Assembly: GCA_042408665.1 (NCBI GenBank)
Contig: JBHOQW010000252.1
Location: forward strand, 16,718 to 80,717
Length of the DNA: 64,000 nucleotides
Direction: 5' to 3'
From: Dehalococcoidia bacterium
GTDB taxonomy: Bacteria; Chloroflexota; Dehalococcoidia; CAUJGQ01
The notes under the pieces were generated by a model. The model ran no database searches. It was given only the letters and a program-made list of their open reading frames with translations, and was not told the origin of the DNA. A program made the translations under genes and the position numbers. Positions within the stretch are counted from its first letter, which is position 1; each line of letters starts with the position of its first letter. This document shows, one piece after another, positions 16,963-25,949 of this stretch.

Positions 16963-17549
16963 TGCCCACCGCCCGCGGCGATGAGTCCATCCCGGCGGGA
17001 GGGCGTACCTGCCCGCGACCGCTGGGAGGCTCCTGCCCACCATGTGCCGGGGAGAGGTGTGCACCGTTGCTGGGCCTGCTCCGCCGTCTGTTCCGGCCAC
17101 CCGTCACGGCACCGCCGTCCGAGTCACGGGAGCGGCTGGAGCTGCCCTGGACGCGCGGCTGGTACCACGTGCCGCGGCGCAGCGCCGGCGCCGATTTCCG
17201 GCGGGAGGACTACCGCACGGCGCGGGCCAACGCGCGTGAGGTGGCGCGGCGCACGCTGGGCGACGAGCTGTGGGAACAGCTCCAGCAGCAGGGCTACCTG
17301 GACGTTCCGTCCAAGCGCTTCCCGGGCGTCACCTACCGGCTGCGCGTGGGCCTGCGCATTGAGGTGCGCTGTGCGCCGGGGGTGCGCTGCCCGTGGCGCT
17401 TCAACTACCTCTGCATCAACCCCACGTATCCACTGCCGGAGGAGGAGTTCTTCGCACACCTCTACCTGTACGTGCGCGATAACGAAGACGAGGTAATCCG
17501 GGTAGCGGCGCCGCAGCCGTGGGATCAGCCGCTCGGCCGCACGTTCTAA
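16962..17549 (+). CDS. hypothetical protein (no recognisable domain), translationally coupled to the GG-terminal protein
   Basis: ATG overlaps the upstream TGA (TGATG). Third-position GC is very high over the C-terminal roughly 160 codons and lower in the first roughly 35 codons, so the true start may be internal. Confidence 0.55.
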   Translation: MPTARGDESIPAGGRTCPRPLGGSCPPCAGERCAPLLGLLRRLFRPPVTAPPSESRERLELPWTRGWYHVPRRSAGADFRREDYRTARANAREVARRTLGDELWEQLQQQGYLDVPSKRFPGVTYRLRVGLRIEVRCAPGVRCPWRFNYLCINPTYPLPEEEFFAHLYLYVRDNEDEVIRVAAPQPWDQPLGRTF

Positions 17550-17566
17550 CGGCAGGAGGGCGTCCC

Positions 17567-19129
17567 ATGCCCGCGGCGCACACGCCCCAGCTCCGGCTCG
17601 CCGAGGTGGTCGCCGCCCTCTCCCTGGCCACCGACCTGGGCATGGGACAGCCCATGGAGCAGGCGCTACGTACCTGCGTGCTGGCCATGACCCTGGGGCG
17701 GGAGCTTTGCCTGGACGGCGCTATCCTCTCCGATACGTACTATTTAGCGCTCCTTCGTTTTATTGGTTGCACGTCCGATGCCCATGAGGCGGCGGCCGCC
17801 TCGGGCGGCGACGAAATCGCGGACCGCGCCCTGGTGGCACCCGTAGTCATGGGCGACGCAAGGGAGTTCCTGCACCATTACCTCCCACGCTTTGCGGGCG
17901 ACCGCGCCTTACCGGTCCGGCTGGTCCTGCTGGCACGCGCGCTGGCCGAGGGTACGGACCGGGCGAGGCGCACGATCGCCGTTCACTGTCAAGTCGCTCA
18001 GATGTTGGCCGCGCGACTCGATATCCGGCCCAGCGTGGCGCAGTGCGTCGGCGCTCTCTTCGAGCGCTGGGACGGCACGGGCATCCCGGGCGATCTGGCT
18101 GGAGACGCGATCCCGATCCCGGCACGGCTCGTGTCCGTGGCTCGTGATGTCGATGTGTTTCACCGGATGGGCGGATGGGCGCTCGCCACCACGGTCCTTC
18201 GCCGGCGCCGCGCCACAGCGTACGATCCCGCCGCTGTCGATGTCCTGCTCGCGCACGGCGAGCGATGGCTCAGGGAGGCCGGTGCGGAATCGGTATGGGA
18301 CATGGCGCTTACCGCTGAGCCTTGGCCGCCGGTGATGGTCGGCCAGTTGCGGCTCGAGGGGCTGCTGCACGTGCTCGCCGATTTCGCCGACCTAAAGTCA
18401 CCCTTTACCCTGGGCCACTCCGCCGGTGTAGCCCGCTTAGCGGAGAGCGCGGCACGCTGCGCGGGATTAGGCGAGGATGAAGTGGTAGATGTGCGTCATG
18501 CCGCGCTGGTGCACGACCTCGGCCGCGCCGGCATCCCCAACGGCATTTGGGACAAGCCGAGCAAGCTCTCCCCCGCTGAGTGGGAGCGCGTCCGCCTGCA
18601 TCCTTACCTCTCTGAGCGTATCCTTGCCCGCCCGTCGGCGCTTGCCCACCTGGCGCCCCTGGCGGGTGCGCACCACGAGCGCATCGATGGCTCTGGCTAC
18701 CACCGCGGCAGCCCCGCCGCCCTGCTGCCGATGACGGCACGCATCCTGGCCGCCGCCGATGCCTACCAGGCGATGACCCAGGACCGTCCCCACCGGCCGG
18801 CCCTCAGCCCCCACGCCGCGGCGGCAGCGCTGAGAGACGAGGCGCGTGCGGGCCGGCTGGACCAGCGGGCGGTGCATGCCGTGCTTGAGGCTCTCGGCCT
18901 CCACATTGGGACAGCGCGTCACGCCTGGCCCGCCGGGCTGACCGAGCGCGAGGTGGAGGTGCTGCGGCTGATCAGTCGCGGCCAGCCCAACCGCGCCGTC
19001 GCGCAGCGGCTCGGCATCTCCGCCAAGACGGTCGGCCGACACGTCGAGAACCTCTACGCCAAGATCGGTGTCTCCAGCCGTGCCGCGGCCGCCCTGTTCG
19101 CCATGGAGCACGACCTGCTCGGCGCGTGA
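17567..19129 (+). CDS. HD-GYP-like phosphohydrolase domain fused to a LuxR-type helix-turn-helix
   Basis: HAALVHDLGRAG...HPYLSERIL...HHERIDGSGYHRG (GYH where GYP is expected). C-terminal LTEREVEVLRLISRGQPNRAVAQRLGISAKTVGRHVENLYAKIG. ATG at 17567 with GGCAGGAGGG upstream. Confidence 0.8.
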   Translation: MPAAHTPQLRLAEVVAALSLATDLGMGQPMEQALRTCVLAMTLGRELCLDGAILSDTYYLALLRFIGCTSDAHEAAAASGGDEIADRALVAPVVMGDAREFLHHYLPRFAGDRALPVRLVLLARALAEGTDRARRTIAVHCQVAQMLAARLDIRPSVAQCVGALFERWDGTGIPGDLAGDAIPIPARLVSVARDVDVFHRMGGWALATTVLRRRRATAYDPAAVDVLLAHGERWLREAGAESVWDMALTAEPWPPVMVGQLRLEGLLHVLADFADLKSPFTLGHSAGVARLAESAARCAGLGEDEVVDVRHAALVHDLGRAGIPNGIWDKPSKLSPAEWERVRLHPYLSERILARPSALAHLAPLAGAHHERIDGSGYHRGSPAALLPMTARILAAADAYQAMTQDRPHRPALSPHAAAAALRDEARAGRLDQRAVHAVLEALGLHIGTARHAWPAGLTEREVEVLRLISRGQPNRAVAQRLGISAKTVGRHVENLYAKIGVSSRAAAALFAMEHDLLGA

Positions 19130-19316
19130 TGCCGAAAAAAATGGGGCGATCGCCGCATGTGTGACGCGGCCCCTCGGCGCATCCTGCTCCTATGGCGCCA
19201 CCCTAACACGGGATGCTGCAGCTGCCTGCGGATCAGCGGCCGCTGGACGGTGTGTGACGCGCGTCCCGTCGCGACCTGGGGGCACCATGGAAAACGATGC
19301 GCGAGGAGGCCACATC

Positions 19317-20135
19317 ATGCCGATCCCTGCACCGAGCAAGGGCACGATACCGGTCAATGGGGTGGAGCTGTATTACGAGCGGCGAGGCAGCGGTCCCTCG
19401 GTCCTGTTCATTCCCGGCGCAACCGGCGACGGCGGACACTTCCAGCACGTGGCCGCAACGCTGGCGGACGAATTCACAACCGTCATCTACGACCGCCGGG
19501 GCAACTCGCGCAGCCCCAGGCCGGCGGGCTGGCACTCCACCTCGACCGATGAGCAGGCAGACGACGCGGCGGCTCTGGTGCGAGCCCTGAACCTGTCCCC
19601 CGCGGCCATATTCGCCACGAGTAGCGGCGCCGTCATCGGTGTGAATCTGTTACTGCGACATCCGGATGTCCTTCGCGGCGCCATATTTCACGAGCCAGCA
19701 CTGATCGCGGTCTTGGCCGACCCACAGGCCATCTGGGCGGAGATCCAGCCAGTGATCGAGCAGGGCATGACGGCAGGTGGGCCGCGCGGCGCGGTTGAAG
19801 CCTTCGTGCGCCGAGTGGCCGGTGACGCCGTCTACGAGGCACTGCCGGACGATCTGCGGGAGCGCATGCTGAACAACGGGGATGTTCTGCTTCAACTGGA
19901 GATGGCGCCGTTCGGCCTGTACCGGCCGGGGACCGCGGAGCTCGCGTCGGTCACCTGCTCGGTTGCGATCCTGGCGGGAACGGAAAGCCCACCGTTCTTG
20001 ATCGAAACCGCGCGCTGGCTGGCGGCGGCCCTCAACGTCCCACTCGGGATACTGCCCGGCGGTCACGCGCCGTACTTTGAGCGACCGGACGAGATGGCAG
20101 CAGTGCTGCGACCGCTACTCAAGCTCATGGTCTAA
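19317..20135 (+). CDS. alpha/beta hydrolase
   Basis: VNGVELYYERRGSGPSVLFIPG and nucleophile region IFATSSGA. ATG at 19317 after GAGGAGG. Confidence 0.75.
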   Translation: MPIPAPSKGTIPVNGVELYYERRGSGPSVLFIPGATGDGGHFQHVAATLADEFTTVIYDRRGNSRSPRPAGWHSTSTDEQADDAAALVRALNLSPAAIFATSSGAVIGVNLLLRHPDVLRGAIFHEPALIAVLADPQAIWAEIQPVIEQGMTAGGPRGAVEAFVRRVAGDAVYEALPDDLRERMLNNGDVLLQLEMAPFGLYRPGTAELASVTCSVAILAGTESPPFLIETARWLAAALNVPLGILPGGHAPYFERPDEMAAVLRPLLKLMV

Positions 20136-20168
20136 CGTCGGCGAGCCGGGTGAGTCGGAGAGATAGCG

Positions 20169-20966
20169 ATGAAGCCGTATCCTTTGTTGCATGAGACCAC
20201 GGGCGCGGGCCAGCCGATCGTCCTGGTCCCGGGCGGCCTGAGCGGCTGGTTGTCCTGGATCCCGTTTGTTGAGGTGCTCGCAAAGGACCGGCACGTCGTG
20301 CGGGTGCAGCTGCGCAGCGTCGAGCTGGCCGAGGCGGGCAGGCCCTTCCCGCCCGACTACGGCACACCAAGCGAGTATGAGGCCCTGCGCGCCACCGTCG
20401 ACCTGCTGGGCCTGGACCGCTTCCACCTTGTCGGCTGATCCTACGGCGGGCACGTCGCCCTGGCCTTCACGCTCGAATACCCGCAGCGCGTCCGCACCCT
20501 CACGGTGATTGAACCACCGGCCGTCTGGATCCTGCGCGAGACCGGCCACGCCGCCGAGGCGCTCGGCCGCAGTGAGGCGTACGATCGGTCGGTAAGCGGC
20601 GGGCAACTCAGTATCGACGACCTCAAGGCCTTCCTGCTTCGAGCCGGCCTGGCCAAGCCCGATGAGGACGTTGAGACCATGCCCGGCTGGCCGGTCTGGG
20701 TGCGCAACCGGCAGGCGCTCTCGATCAACCGCACCATCTGGGACTACACGGCCTCCCTCGCTCAGCTACGCGCGCTTGACGTGCCAGTCCTTGCCGTGAA
20801 GGGGAGCGAGACGACCGAAGACCTGGCCGCGATCGTTGCCGATCTCGCGGCAGTCGTGCCTCATGGGCGCGTGCTCACGCTTCCCGGCGGACACGCCTGC
20901 CACCTGGAGAACATGGATCGCTTCCTGGAGGAGCTGACGAGGCATATCACCCTTGGTCCTCAGTAA
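20169..20966 (+). pseudogene. alpha/beta hydrolase interrupted by one in-frame TGA at the nucleophile elbow
   Basis: The 20169-20438 and 20505-20966 ORFs are in the same frame. Read-through gives HLVG-stop-SYGGHVALAF, the G-x-S-x-G motif with TGA (20436-20438) at the x position. Confidence 0.7.
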
Positions 20967-21062
20967 GGCGACGCGAACACAGTGCACGCGGGCGCCTGCT
21001 CGGTAACGGCCTCCGCGGCTGACCTGGACGCGCTCGTTTGGGGGCACTGACGGGATCCCACC

Positions 21063-22517
21063 CTACGGACGCTCGTCCCGGCGGCGAAAGAGCTCCGTGG
21101 ATCCCGTGCGGGCCACCAGTTCGTAGCGCTCGGCCAGGAGCCGCTCCAGGCCCGGCAGGCGGCGCCATTCGCCATGCTCCCAGACGATGAACCGAGGCGG
21201 CCGCGCCCGCAGGGTGCGCAGCACCTGCTCCTTGGCGCCGGGCACGTAGGCCGTGTGGTAGGAGGTGACGTACGGTGTCGGGTTCTCGGCGCCGCTCAGG
21301 GCGTACAGCCAGGGGAACTCGCCCCAGATAAACAGGGTGCGTTCCCGGTCGGCGCGGATGAGCGGGGCGAACGCCTCCTGGGTGGCCACACGCCAGTCAA
21401 AGTACACCGCAAACGTCGCTCGTTCGCGTCGACCGCTCAAGTAGGCCGCCAGGTTGACGTAATAACCCGGCCGCACCATCGGGTAGGAGAGCCAGAAGCG
21501 GTTGAACGTGGCCCCAACCAGCAGGGCCGCGCAGCAGGCGACCGGACCCAACGTACGTGCGGCCGAGGGGTCACGCCTCGCTGAGGCGAGCAGCACCGAC
21601 GCCAGCGCGGCGGATGCCGCCGCCTGCACGAGGTAATGCCCGTACCAGCGGCCGGTCAGGGTGGTGCCGGTCACGGCGCTGGCCAGCCACAGGGCCAGCA
21701 CCTCCCCAGGGCCGAGGCGACCACGGCGGGCCGCCACGAGCGCTCCGCCCAGGGCCACGAGCGCCGGTAGCAGGACGAGCACGCGTGTGGGGAGCGCCTG
21801 GCCGGCACCCGCGGCCAGGTACCCGCCGTAAAAACCGAACATGGCACGCAGCCCCGCCCCCAGGGCCCCCTGAGCGACAAGCAGGACGCCCACGGCCGTC
21901 GGCAGCAGCAGCCAGCCGCCGAGCAGCGGCAGCGCACGTCGGAGGCCGCCGACAAGCAGGAGGGCCACGCCCAATGCGACCGCGTCCAGCGCCGTCACCT
22001 GCTTGAACAGAAAGGCCGCGCCCAGCAACACCCCGGCCGCGAGCGTGGTCCGCGCCTGACCCCCGCCCGGCACGCCGGACAGCACGAACGCCCAGGCCAC
22101 CGGCGCCGCGGCGAACAGCTCCGTGAGCGCCAAGTTCCCCTCCAGAAACGGCGTCGATACCGCCAGGGCAAACAGCGTCGCGGCCGCGAGGCCGGCGCGG
22201 GGCGAGCGCCACCGCCGGCCGAGTACCGCCACCGCGGCGGCGGCAGCCGCGGCCCACACCGCCGCGACCAGACGCAGAGCCACCATCGAGGGGCCGGCCG
22301 TTGCCAGGACCGCCGCGTACAGCCAGTAGATGAGCGGCGGCTTGTCCTCCCACACCGTGCGGTAGAGGGTTCCGCCGTGCAGGAGCTGCTGGGCGACGGC
22401 GGCGAAGATACCTTCATCGGCGTAGTGGTGCGGTTCGACCAAGGTCGGCAGACGCAGGAGCAGGGTGACGGCCACGACGATCAGTGGGAGCGAGGGCAAG
22501 CGGCGGCACCCGGTCAT
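21063..22517 (-). CDS. GT-C fold glycosyltransferase (family 39 / PMT-ArnT-like) membrane protein
   Basis: About 11 hydrophobic helices. First-loop motif HHYADEGIFA...WEDKPPLIYWLYA. Confidence 0.7.
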   Translation of the reverse strand: MTGCRRLPSLPLIVVAVTLLLRLPTLVEPHHYADEGIFAAVAQQLLHGGTLYRTVWEDKPPLIYWLYAAVLATAGPSMVALRLVAAVWAAAAAAAVAVLGRRWRSPRAGLAAATLFALAVSTPFLEGNLALTELFAAAPVAWAFVLSGVPGGGQARTTLAAGVLLGAAFLFKQVTALDAVALGVALLLVGGLRRALPLLGGWLLLPTAVGVLLVAQGALGAGLRAMFGFYGGYLAAGAGQALPTRVLVLLPALVALGGALVAARRGRLGPGEVLALWLASAVTGTTLTGRWYGHYLVQAAASAALASVLLASARRDPSAARTLGPVACCAALLVGATFNRFWLSYPMVRPGYYVNLAAYLSGRRERATFAVYFDWRVATQEAFAPLIRADRERTLFIWGEFPWLYALSGAENPTPYVTSYHTAYVPGAKEQVLRTLRARPPRFIVWEHGEWRRLPGLERLLAERYELVARTGSTELFRRRDERP

Positions 22518-22653
22518 GGGCGTATCCTTCTGGTGTCCCGAACGCCGGCCCACCCCGCATGGGCAGCGCGGTGGTGACGGCTCTGTGGTAAACTCGATGC
22601 AAGAAGTCAACAATCACGCACCGAGGGGCGCGATATCCGCAGGAGCGAGAGCG

Positions 22654-22989
22654 ATGGCCTTCAAGAACCCCGATGAACCGTTCACGCGCATCACCGTCCA
22701 CGAAGCCAAGGAGATGCTCGAGCGCGGCGACGTGCAGCTCATCGACACCCGCAACCCGGACGAGCACGCGGCGGGGCACGCGCCCGGCGCCAAGCTGATC
22801 CCGCACATGAGCGTGCCCGCGCGCATTCACGAGCTGGACCCGAACAAGGACATCCTGTTCATCTGCAAGAGCGGCTACCGCAGCGCGCTGGCGTGCGAGT
22901 TTGCCGCCGCGGCCGGTCTGACGCGGATCTACAACGTCGAGGGTGGGCACGACGCCTGGGAGGCGGCCGGCTACCCGATGGAGCGGTAG
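22654..22989 (+). CDS. single-domain rhodanese sulfurtransferase
   Basis: Active-site loop CKSGYRS and IDTRNPDEHAAGH. ATG at 22654 after AGGAGCGAGA. Confidence 0.8.
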   Translation: MAFKNPDEPFTRITVHEAKEMLERGDVQLIDTRNPDEHAAGHAPGAKLIPHMSVPARIHELDPNKDILFICKSGYRSALACEFAAAAGLTRIYNVEGGHDAWEAAGYPMER

Positions 22990-23025
22990 GGGACGACGGG
23001 CGGCTCCAGTCCGGAGCCCCCCGCG

Positions 23026-24711
23026 CTACTCCCGGCGCCGATACAACGTGAAATCCTCGATCTCGATCTCCACGGCGTAGTCGCGCTCCAGCCGAGCGGC
23101 CACCCCGGGCAGCAGGCGAGTGGCCCAGGCGGCGGTGTCCAGCCGCTGACCGGTGATCCATTCCGCCGCCCCCTCGTTTCGCTGCACGATGAAATACACC
23201 GGCCGGTTCCGGTCGATCTCGTCCAGGAACTCATCCAGCCACCGGCGCGGCGCCCAATTGGACATAAACGGCAGCGAATAAATGAACCGGGAAGCGCTGG
23301 CCCGCCCGCTCAACAGGTAGATAAGGGGCTCGTAGCCGAAGACGTAGATCGTCTCCTCGGGCTGCGTATGCGCACGCACGTAGTCCGCCACCTGGACGTC
23401 GGCCAGGTAGGAATAGGTTCCGTCCGCGTAGGGACCGAACTGATTGTCGTAGGCCAGCCGAGCCGTCACGCTATCGTTGCGGTGCAAAAATCCGTCCCAC
23501 TGATCGTACGCCCGCTCCGTGACCGCCGGCGTGAGCGCCAGCATCGCCGCCAGCAGCACCGCCTTGCCCAGCGTAGCGAAGCAGGCGGGGTGGAGCCGCT
23601 CCAGATAGGCGAAGGCGCGGTCCCACGCCCACCCGGCGAGCATGGCCAGCGCTGGAAACAGGGCCTGCCAGTGGTACCAGAAAAACTTCTGCTGGACGGC
23701 GATCCCTAGAAATGCGACCAGGACGGCCACCGCAGCCGCCCGCGCGGAGCGGTCGCGCGAGACAAAGAACGTCGCGAACATGCCCGCCAGCGCCGGTAGG
23801 ACAAACACCGCGTGGGAGAACGTGAACAGGGCGAGCGAGTCGCGGACGTAGCTGAGAAAGGTGAAGAACGTTCTCTCGCGCGGGGCAAACGGCCAGCCCA
23901 GGCGCGCGTAGCCGGCGGCGAAGCGGGTGGCCTCCAGGTAGGCATGCAGGGCGTGCCCTGCCGCCAGGTAGGCCAGGAGCGCCGCCTGCACGGCGAGAAA
24001 ACCGATGGCTGCCCACACCGCCCAACCGATCAGGCGTCGCCGGCCGGCACGCTCCAGCAGGGCATCGGTGCACACAAAGGCGGGTACCAGCGGCGCGGCG
24101 GTAAACCGGAGCTGGAACACCACCCCGGTGAGGGCGCCCGCGACTAGCCAGCACGGCCACCGCCAGCGTCCCCGTGCCAGGCTGAGGAGGAGAGCCAAGG
24201 TGAGCGGCAGTGCGGCTAGCCCGTCCGGCTGCGCCAGATACCACCAGCCCTGGGTGGTGAAGTAGACGGTGCCCATCAAGGTGGTGCCAAACACCGCCGC
24301 GCGCACGCTCCACAGACGGCGGATGAGGAGAAAGAGCGCAGCCAGCGCGGCGCCGGTCCACACCAGGTCGAACAGCCGCACCCGGACCATCAGGGGCCCG
24401 GGCAGGCGCAGGGCCAGGGCGTAGAGGAGGTAGATGCCGGGCGGCTTCTGGTCCCAGGCGTCGACGTAGGGATGGCCGCCACGGTTGATCACCTGGCCGA
24501 TTGTCGCGAAGATGGCCTGGTCAGGGCCAAACGGAAAGGCCAGGGTGGGCAGGGCCAGGAGTCCCACGCCCAGGAGCACCGGCACGAGCGCCCACCAGCC
24601 GCCAGACGCGCCGCGGGCGCGCGGGTCGTTCACCGTTGGGGCGGCAGGAACACGCGCAGGGATGCCCGGCGTGGTCACGGCGGTGTCTGACACGGGATGG
24701 GCGTTCTCCAC
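23026..24711 (-). CDS. GT-C fold glycosyltransferase (PMT-ArnT-like) membrane protein, paralogue of 21063-22517
   Basis: Polytopic. First-loop motif GPDQAIFA...WDQKPPGIYLLYAL parallels the neighbouring paralogue. Confidence 0.65.
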   Translation of the reverse strand: MENAHPVSDTAVTTPGIPARVPAAPTVNDPRARGASGGWWALVPVLLGVGLLALPTLAFPFGPDQAIFATIGQVINRGGHPYVDAWDQKPPGIYLLYALALRLPGPLMVRVRLFDLVWTGAALAALFLLIRRLWSVRAAVFGTTLMGTVYFTTQGWWYLAQPDGLAALPLTLALLLSLARGRWRWPCWLVAGALTGVVFQLRFTAAPLVPAFVCTDALLERAGRRRLIGWAVWAAIGFLAVQAALLAYLAAGHALHAYLEATRFAAGYARLGWPFAPRERTFFTFLSYVRDSLALFTFSHAVFVLPALAGMFATFFVSRDRSARAAAVAVLVAFLGIAVQQKFFWYHWQALFPALAMLAGWAWDRAFAYLERLHPACFATLGKAVLLAAMLALTPAVTERAYDQWDGFLHRNDSVTARLAYDNQFGPYADGTYSYLADVQVADYVRAHTQPEETIYVFGYEPLIYLLSGRASASRFIYSLPFMSNWAPRRWLDEFLDEIDRNRPVYFIVQRNEGAAEWITGQRLDTAAWATRLLPGVAARLERDYAVEIEIEDFTLYRRRE

Positions 24712-24725
24712 CTGACAGGGTTGTC

Positions 24726-25949
24726 ATGATGCACGATAACACATTCACCGTCCGCTCCCCGCGGCTCCACCCGCGCCTGGCGCGGACGGCGCCCCTTGCA
24801 CTGGCGATGCTCGTCCTCATTGTCGCCGCCTGCGGCGGTCGCCTGCCGGACAAGGGCCGCATCGTGGCCGGGCCGGGCGAACCGCTCGTGCTCGGCGTGG
24901 TCACCGCCTTGAGCGGGCCGACCGCGGCCGATGGGCAGGGCATCGCCCAAGCGGCCCGGCTGGCCGCGGAAGAACGACCGACGGTGCTCGGCCGCCCGGT
25001 GCGCCTGGACGTGCGGGACGGCGGTTGCGACCCAGCCACGGCCGAGGCGGCTGTCGGCGCGCTGCTGGAGGAGCCAGGGCTCATCGGGGTGGTGGGGCCG
25101 GTCTGTTCCCCGGCCTGTGTGGCGGTGGAGCCGTTCCTCTTCCAGCGCGCGACCGTGATGGTCACCCCGCGCTGCACGGATATCGCGGTCACCCGGCAGG
25201 GATACGAGGGGGTCCTGCGCACCGCCTATACGGACGCGCTGCAAGCCGTCGCCCTCGGCAAGGTCGCGGACGACGTCCTGCACGTCCGCCGGGTGTTCCT
25301 CGTCCATGACGGGACGATCTACGGCCGAGGCCTGCGCGATGTGGTGAAGCTGGTGTTCGGTGAGGGGCGACTGGCCGGCAACGTGGAGGTGCTGCCCGGC
25401 ACCGAGGACTACGGCCATGTGGTGCGCAGCATCGCGCGCGCCGGCGCCGGCCTGGTCTTCTACGGCGGCTACTCGGAGGAGGCGGCCCGGTTCGTGACCC
25501 AGCTTCGCGCCGCTGGGCTCATGCTACCGGTGGTGCTGCCGGATGCCGCCCTCGTGCCGCTGGGGTTTGTGGCGGCGGCGGGCGCGGCTGCGGACGGCGT
25601 CTACATCACGGAGACCGTGGCGCAACCCGGCCCGGCATACGGCGCGTTCGCGGAGCGGTATCGGGCGCGGTTCGGCATGCCGCCGGGCCCGTTTGCGGCG
25701 GAGGCGTACGACGCCGTGCACCTGCTGCTCGACGCGGTGGAGCGCGCGGCCGAGCACCGCGGTGATGTGCTGGTCATCGACCGCCGCCGCCTGCGGGACG
25801 CCGCCCACCACACGGACCGCATGGGCGCCAGCGGCCGCGTTCGCTTCCTGCCGCACGGTGATCGCGTTGAGGGCGCCGCTGTGCGCCTGTGGCAGGTGCG
25901 CGATGGCCGGCCGGTGCTGGTGCAGGTGGTTGACGTTTCGGAGAAGTGA
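24726..25949 (+). CDS. ABC-transporter substrate-binding lipoprotein (LivK / branched-chain amino-acid-binding type)
   Basis: Lipobox IVAACGG. Overall type-I periplasmic binding protein pattern (GVVGPVCS, FYGGY). Confidence 0.7.
   Translation: MMHDNTFTVRSPRLHPRLARTAPLALAMLVLIVAACGGRLPDKGRIVAGPGEPLVLGVVTALSGPTAADGQGIAQAARLAAEERPTVLGRPVRLDVRDGGCDPATAEAAVGALLEEPGLIGVVGPVCSPACVAVEPFLFQRATVMVTPRCTDIAVTRQGYEGVLRTAYTDALQAVALGKVADDVLHVRRVFLVHDGTIYGRGLRDVVKLVFGEGRLAGNVEVLPGTEDYGHVVRSIARAGAGLVFYGGYSEEAARFVTQLRAAGLMLPVVLPDAALVPLGFVAAAGAAADGVYITETVAQPGPAYGAFAERYRARFGMPPGPFAAEAYDAVHLLLDAVERAAEHRGDVLVIDRRRLRDAAHHTDRMGASGRVRFLPHGDRVEGAAVRLWQVRDGRPVLVQVVDVSEK

Noticed and set aside
16981-17496. 171-aa alternative-frame ORF overlapping the 195-aa hypothetical gene
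   Set aside because: Extremely Arg/Ala/Ser-rich. Third-position GC favours the 16962 frame, which is also the frame coupled to the upstream stop.
20436-20438. In-frame TGA as selenocysteine or as Trp (genetic code 4)
   Set aside because: The position is the variable x of G-x-S-x-G, not a redox Cys/Sec site. I saw no SECIS-like hairpin immediately downstream. Many confidently called genes in this window terminate with TGA, which excludes global reassignment.
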